Shown here one piece after another: positions 9,522 to 13,489 of a stretch of DNA of 13,489 nt. Where the stretch lies: assembly GCF_006345805.1 (NCBI RefSeq), contig NW_021826144.1, positions 1 to 13,489 on the forward strand, read 5' to 3'. The first letter of the stretch is position 1; each line of letters begins with the position of its first letter. The notes under the pieces are model-generated. The model searched no databases. It was not told the DNA's origin and worked only from the letters and a program-made list of their open reading frames with translations. The DNA comes from Octopus sinensis (lineage: Eukaryota). Both the position numbers and the translations under genes were made by a program.

Positions 9522-9681
9522 TGTGTGTGTGTGTGCGTGTGTGTGTGTGAGTGTGTGTACGTGTGTGTGTGCGTGTCTATATATATATATGGATACATAC
9601 ATAGAGATATAGACACACATGCACATTATATATATATGTATATATATATATTATTATAATATATATATATATATATATATA
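9522..9681. repeat. (TG)n/(TA)n compound microsatellite
   Basis: Seen directly. Confidence 0.85.
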
Positions 9682-10096
9682 CTCTTTACTCTTTTACTTG
9701 TTTCAGTCATTTGACTGCGGCCATGCTGGAGCACCGCCTTTAATCGAGCAAATCGACCCCGGGACTTATTCTTTGTAAGCCCAGTACTTATTCTATCGTT
9801 CTCTTTTGCCGAACCGCTAAGTGACGGGGACGTAAACACACCAGCATCGGTTGTCAAGCAATGCTAGAGGGACAAACACAGACACACAAACATATATACA
9901 CACACACACACATACATATATACACACATATATACGACAGGCTTCTTTCAGTTTCCGTCTACCAAATCCACTCACAAGGCTTTGGTCGGCCCGAGGCCAT
10001 AGCAGAAGACACTTGCCCAAGGTGCCACGCAGTGGGACTGAACCCGGAACCATGTGGTTGTTAGCAAGCTACTTACCACACAGCCACTCCTGCGCC
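9682..10096 (-). mobile_element. family A tRNA-derived SINE, full length
   Basis: Head GGCGCAGGAGTGGCTGTGTGG (A box 10076-10086), B box GGTTCAGTCCC (10034-10044), CORE-like CCTTGGGCAAGTG, internal TG/TA tract and repeated tail. Flanked by (TA)n on both sides. Confidence 0.92.
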
Positions 10097-10134
<38 letters not shown>

Positions 10135-10313
10135 AATAAATATTAGGGAATAAATCCAATTACAGGGAAAAAATCAGATTTAGATTATTAAATCCAATTT
10201 TATAGTAAAATATTATATAATAATTATTAGAATACAAAAAACCACTATTTTGCAAAACAAACAAGGAAGACTTAATCAATACATAAAATTTTAATAAATA
10301 TCAAAAAAAACCG

Positions 10314-10356
10314 CCACTACAATTGTTTCTTGTCTTGATCGACAATCTTCAGGTGG
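10314..10356 (-). ncRNA. minimal type I hammerhead ribozyme motif
   Basis: Minus strand: CCAC CTGAAGA TTGTC gatcaa GACAA GAAAC AATT GTA GTGG. This gives stem I CCAC/GTGG, core CUGAAGA, a 5-bp stem II, GAAA, palindromic stem III ACAATTGT and a GUA cleavage triplet. Confidence 0.8.
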
Positions 10357-10417
10357 ACTTCCAATAAGTCAGTTTTCAAATTATGAACTTCATAATTTGA
10401 AACTGACTTATTGGAAG

Positions 10418-10460
10418 TCCACTGAAGATTGTCGATCAAGACAAGAAACAATGTAGTGGA
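10418..10460 (+). ncRNA. second hammerhead motif copy with two 1-nt deletions
   Basis: TCCA CTGAAGA TTGTC gatcaa GACAA GAAAC AAT GTA GTGGA. One C (stem I/core junction) and one T (stem III loop) are missing relative to the other arm. Confidence 0.6.
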
Positions 10461-10544
10461 GGTTTTTTTGACTATTTATTAAAATTTTATGTATTGATTA
10501 AGTCTTTCCTTGTTTGTTTTGCAAAATAGTGGTTTTGTCTCTAA

Positions 10545-10588
<44 letters not shown>

Positions 10589-10715
10589 TTGATTATATCT
10601 GGATTCTACATTGGTTTATATAATTTAATATGTTTTCCGTATTGTATACATATATATTAATAATTACATATTATGAAAACATACACGTTCTCAAATATGA
10701 ACAATATTGAGTATA

Positions 10716-11265
<550 letters not shown>

Positions 11266-11620
11266 ATGCACGTCCAGTGTTGCACTGAATGTTATGTCTT
11301 TATTCCCATTTAATTTCTATTGTTCGGCTGAATAAAATAATACACAAAACGATTTTTCATAGGACAAGGGTAGAGGTGAGGATTAAAAACGGGAAGTCAA
11401 ATAATTGTCATGTTTAATAAAAATTGAAATGGGTTTAACCTTCATTTTAAACTTATCGGAAACCACATCACGCAAAGCAGAATCATATGAAAAGCAAACT
11501 GTATTCCGTTTTCTCATTCATAGAAGAGGCGGAGGGCAGAAACATTTTTTATTAATATTGCTCGAGAGGCCTTGTCGTATGGCTCTCTTTGAAACGCATC
11601 GATTTAGTGCGTTTGTTTAG

Positions 11621-11877
11621 ACTCTCTTTACTCTTTTACTCTTTTACTTGTTTCAGTCATTTGACTGCGGCCATGCTGGAGCACCGCCTTTAATCGAGCA
11701 ACTCGACCCCGGGATTTATTCTTTTGTAGCCCAGTAGTATTATTCTATCGGTCTCTCTTTTGCCGAACCGCTAAGTTACGGGGACGTAAACACACCAGCA
11801 TCGGTGTCAAGCAATGCTAGGAGGACAAACACAGACACACAAAACACACAACGCATATATAATATATTATATATGTA

Positions 11878-11948
<71 letters not shown>

Positions 11949-12127
11949 CATATATACATATATACGACAGGCTTCTTTCAGTTTCCGTCTACCAAATCCA
12001 CTCACAAGGCATTGGTCGGTCCAGGACTATAGCAGAAGACACTTGCCCAAGATGCCACGCAGTGGGACTAAACCCGGAACCATGTGGTTGGTTAGCAAGC
12101 TACTTAGCACACAGCCACTCCTGCGCC
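11621..12127 (-). mobile_element. family A tRNA-derived SINE, full length, with 22-bp TSD
   Basis: Matches 9682-10096. Exact TSD TCGATTTAGTGCGTTTGTTTAG at 11599-11620 and 12128-12149. Confidence 0.95.
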
Positions 12128-12283
12128 TCGATTTAGTGCGTTTGTTTAGGCTATTTAGGAAGAGGAAATATATACAATAGCTGTATAAATTTGACTTTAC
12201 GTAACATATCTCCATGTATACATGGTTAATATAGGCATGTAAGTGTATGCGTGTGTGTGTGTGTGTGCGTTGATAGATAGATA

Positions 12284-12669
12284 TCTATATATATAAAGCT
12301 GAAGTTGTCTGGGTGGCTGGTTTGGCAGCCTTCAACTAATACTATCTCCTCCGAGACCCTGCGGCGCAAGTTGACCAAAATTGACAGTATGATGGAAGAA
12401 GGCTTGCTCTTCATTCCGTAGAAGATAAAATTCAAATTGGACCATGTTAACACCAAAAATTATTTACATCAAAAAGGTGCTTTTTTTATGAAAATCCCTA
12501 TTTTTTACGATTTTTTGACTGCTGTGTCGCCACTTTTCGGTGTATTTCAACCAGAAAAATGTTCACTTAAAGAGGATAACAAGCTACATAATGCAAAATC
12601 TTTACTTTTCAAAAATTCCAATTCTAAAGGTTCGAAACAAACCCGAGCAACACCGGGCGATACTGCTAG
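12284..12669 (+). mobile_element. complete 386-bp non-autonomous Helitron
   Basis: A|TCTATATATATAAAGCTGAAGTTGTCTG ... hairpin CCCGAGCAACACCGGG (12642-12657) ... CTAG|T, with no TSD. The reconstructed empty site matches the paralogous junction near 12995. Confidence 0.88.
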
Positions 12670-12922
12670 TGTTTCTTTATTAGCCAAACAGGGCTGAACA
12701 CAGAGAGGACAAATTACAAAGTAGAGCTTTTCTTTTGGGGGAGAAAAAAAAAGTGGGGTGTAGGTTTTCGATCAAAAAGGATCGTAAAAACAAAAAAAAG
12801 ACGATCAATAAGGGATCGTGTATCACAGAAATGTCATGATGTAAAGTGTTATGGGGGAAGCAGATAAGGTTTATCCGTGGAAAGAAAAGCCTACGGAAAA
12901 GACCACGGTATCCTCGGTCAAT
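12670..12922 (-). mobile_element. LINE 3' UTR fragment (second L1/Tx1-like family), copy 1
   Basis: Homologous to 12995-13280. Carries a variant of the shared 3' terminal motif (TGTCCTCTCTGTGTTCAGCCCTGTTTGGCTAATAAAGAAACA). Confidence 0.75.

Positions 12923-12994
<72 letters not shown>
12923..12994. repeat. (GATA)n microsatellite
   Basis: Seen directly. Confidence 0.97.
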
Positions 12995-13465
12995 TGTTTC
13001 ATTATTAGCCACACAGTGCTGAACACAGAGGGGACAAATTACAAAGTAGAGCTTTTCTTTATAGGGAGAAAAAAGAAAAGAAAAAGAAAAAGAAAGAGAA
13101 AAAGAAAAGCGGGGTAGGTTTTCGATCAAAAGGGATCATAAGAAGAGAGGGGAAAAAAGCGATCAATAGGGGTCGTTTATCACAGAAATGTCAAGATGTA
13201 AAGTGTAAAGGGGGATAGAGATAAGGTTTATCCGTGGAAAGAAAAGCCTACGGAAAAAAAAACCACGGTAACCTCAGTCAATAATGTCACATGTTAACAC
13301 ATTCATTTGCAAGTAAGTAACTCTCTGTTTTAAATTTTTCCGGGTTAGTAGGATTATGCTCAAGGTGGCTTCGTCATTCATACGTGCCATCCTTGCTATA
13401 TTCACCCATTTTTTTTGAAACATTCGCTAGACAAGACTTGCCTCTCTACTCTCACTCTCCTTTTA
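12995..13465 (-). mobile_element. LINE 3' fragment, copy 2, with ORF2 C-terminal remnant
   Basis: Same 3' UTR as copy 1. Minus-strand translation from ~13464 gives KRRVRVERQVLSSECFKK(frameshift)WVNIARM, similar to KRKIGLERKCLTKRVYEERW at the end of the ORF2 in 6429-7800. (GATA)n resumes at 13466. Confidence 0.75.
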
Positions 13466-13489
13466 GATAGATAGATAGATAGATAGATA

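Larger units (their letters stand above)
10223..10548. repeat. long near-perfect palindrome (~160-bp arms, 1-nt centre at 10388), probably inverted Penelope-like element termini
   Basis: ...TCAAATTATGAA C TTCATAATTTGA...; the arms match outwards to ATTATTAG/CTAATAAT with scattered indels. Confidence 0.9.

Overview
Gene-free, AT-rich eukaryotic repeat region. The repeat families resemble octopus/cephalopod DNA (inference from recall, not from a search). I find no intact host gene, and most ORF-track entries are translations of microsatellites. The window is a dense, partly nested set of mobile elements: an internally deleted maT-like Tc1/mariner transposon (1209-2080); three tRNA-derived SINE families, two copies with clear target-site duplications (TSDs) and one forming a 184-bp tandem array; an ORF1-only L1/Tx1-type retroelement (4546-6337); a 5'-truncated L1/Tx1 ORF2 fragment with a perfect 20-bp TSD (6429-7800); two more LINE 3' ends sitting in (GATA)n tracts; several non-autonomous Helitrons; and a ~330-bp palindrome carrying two opposed minimal hammerhead ribozyme motifs. 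The most notable observations are (i) one ~35-nt 3'-terminal motif shared by the LINE, the ORF1-only element, a SINE and the GATA-embedded LINE ends, (ii) apparent (GATA)n target specificity of one LINE family, and (iii) the hammerhead palindrome.
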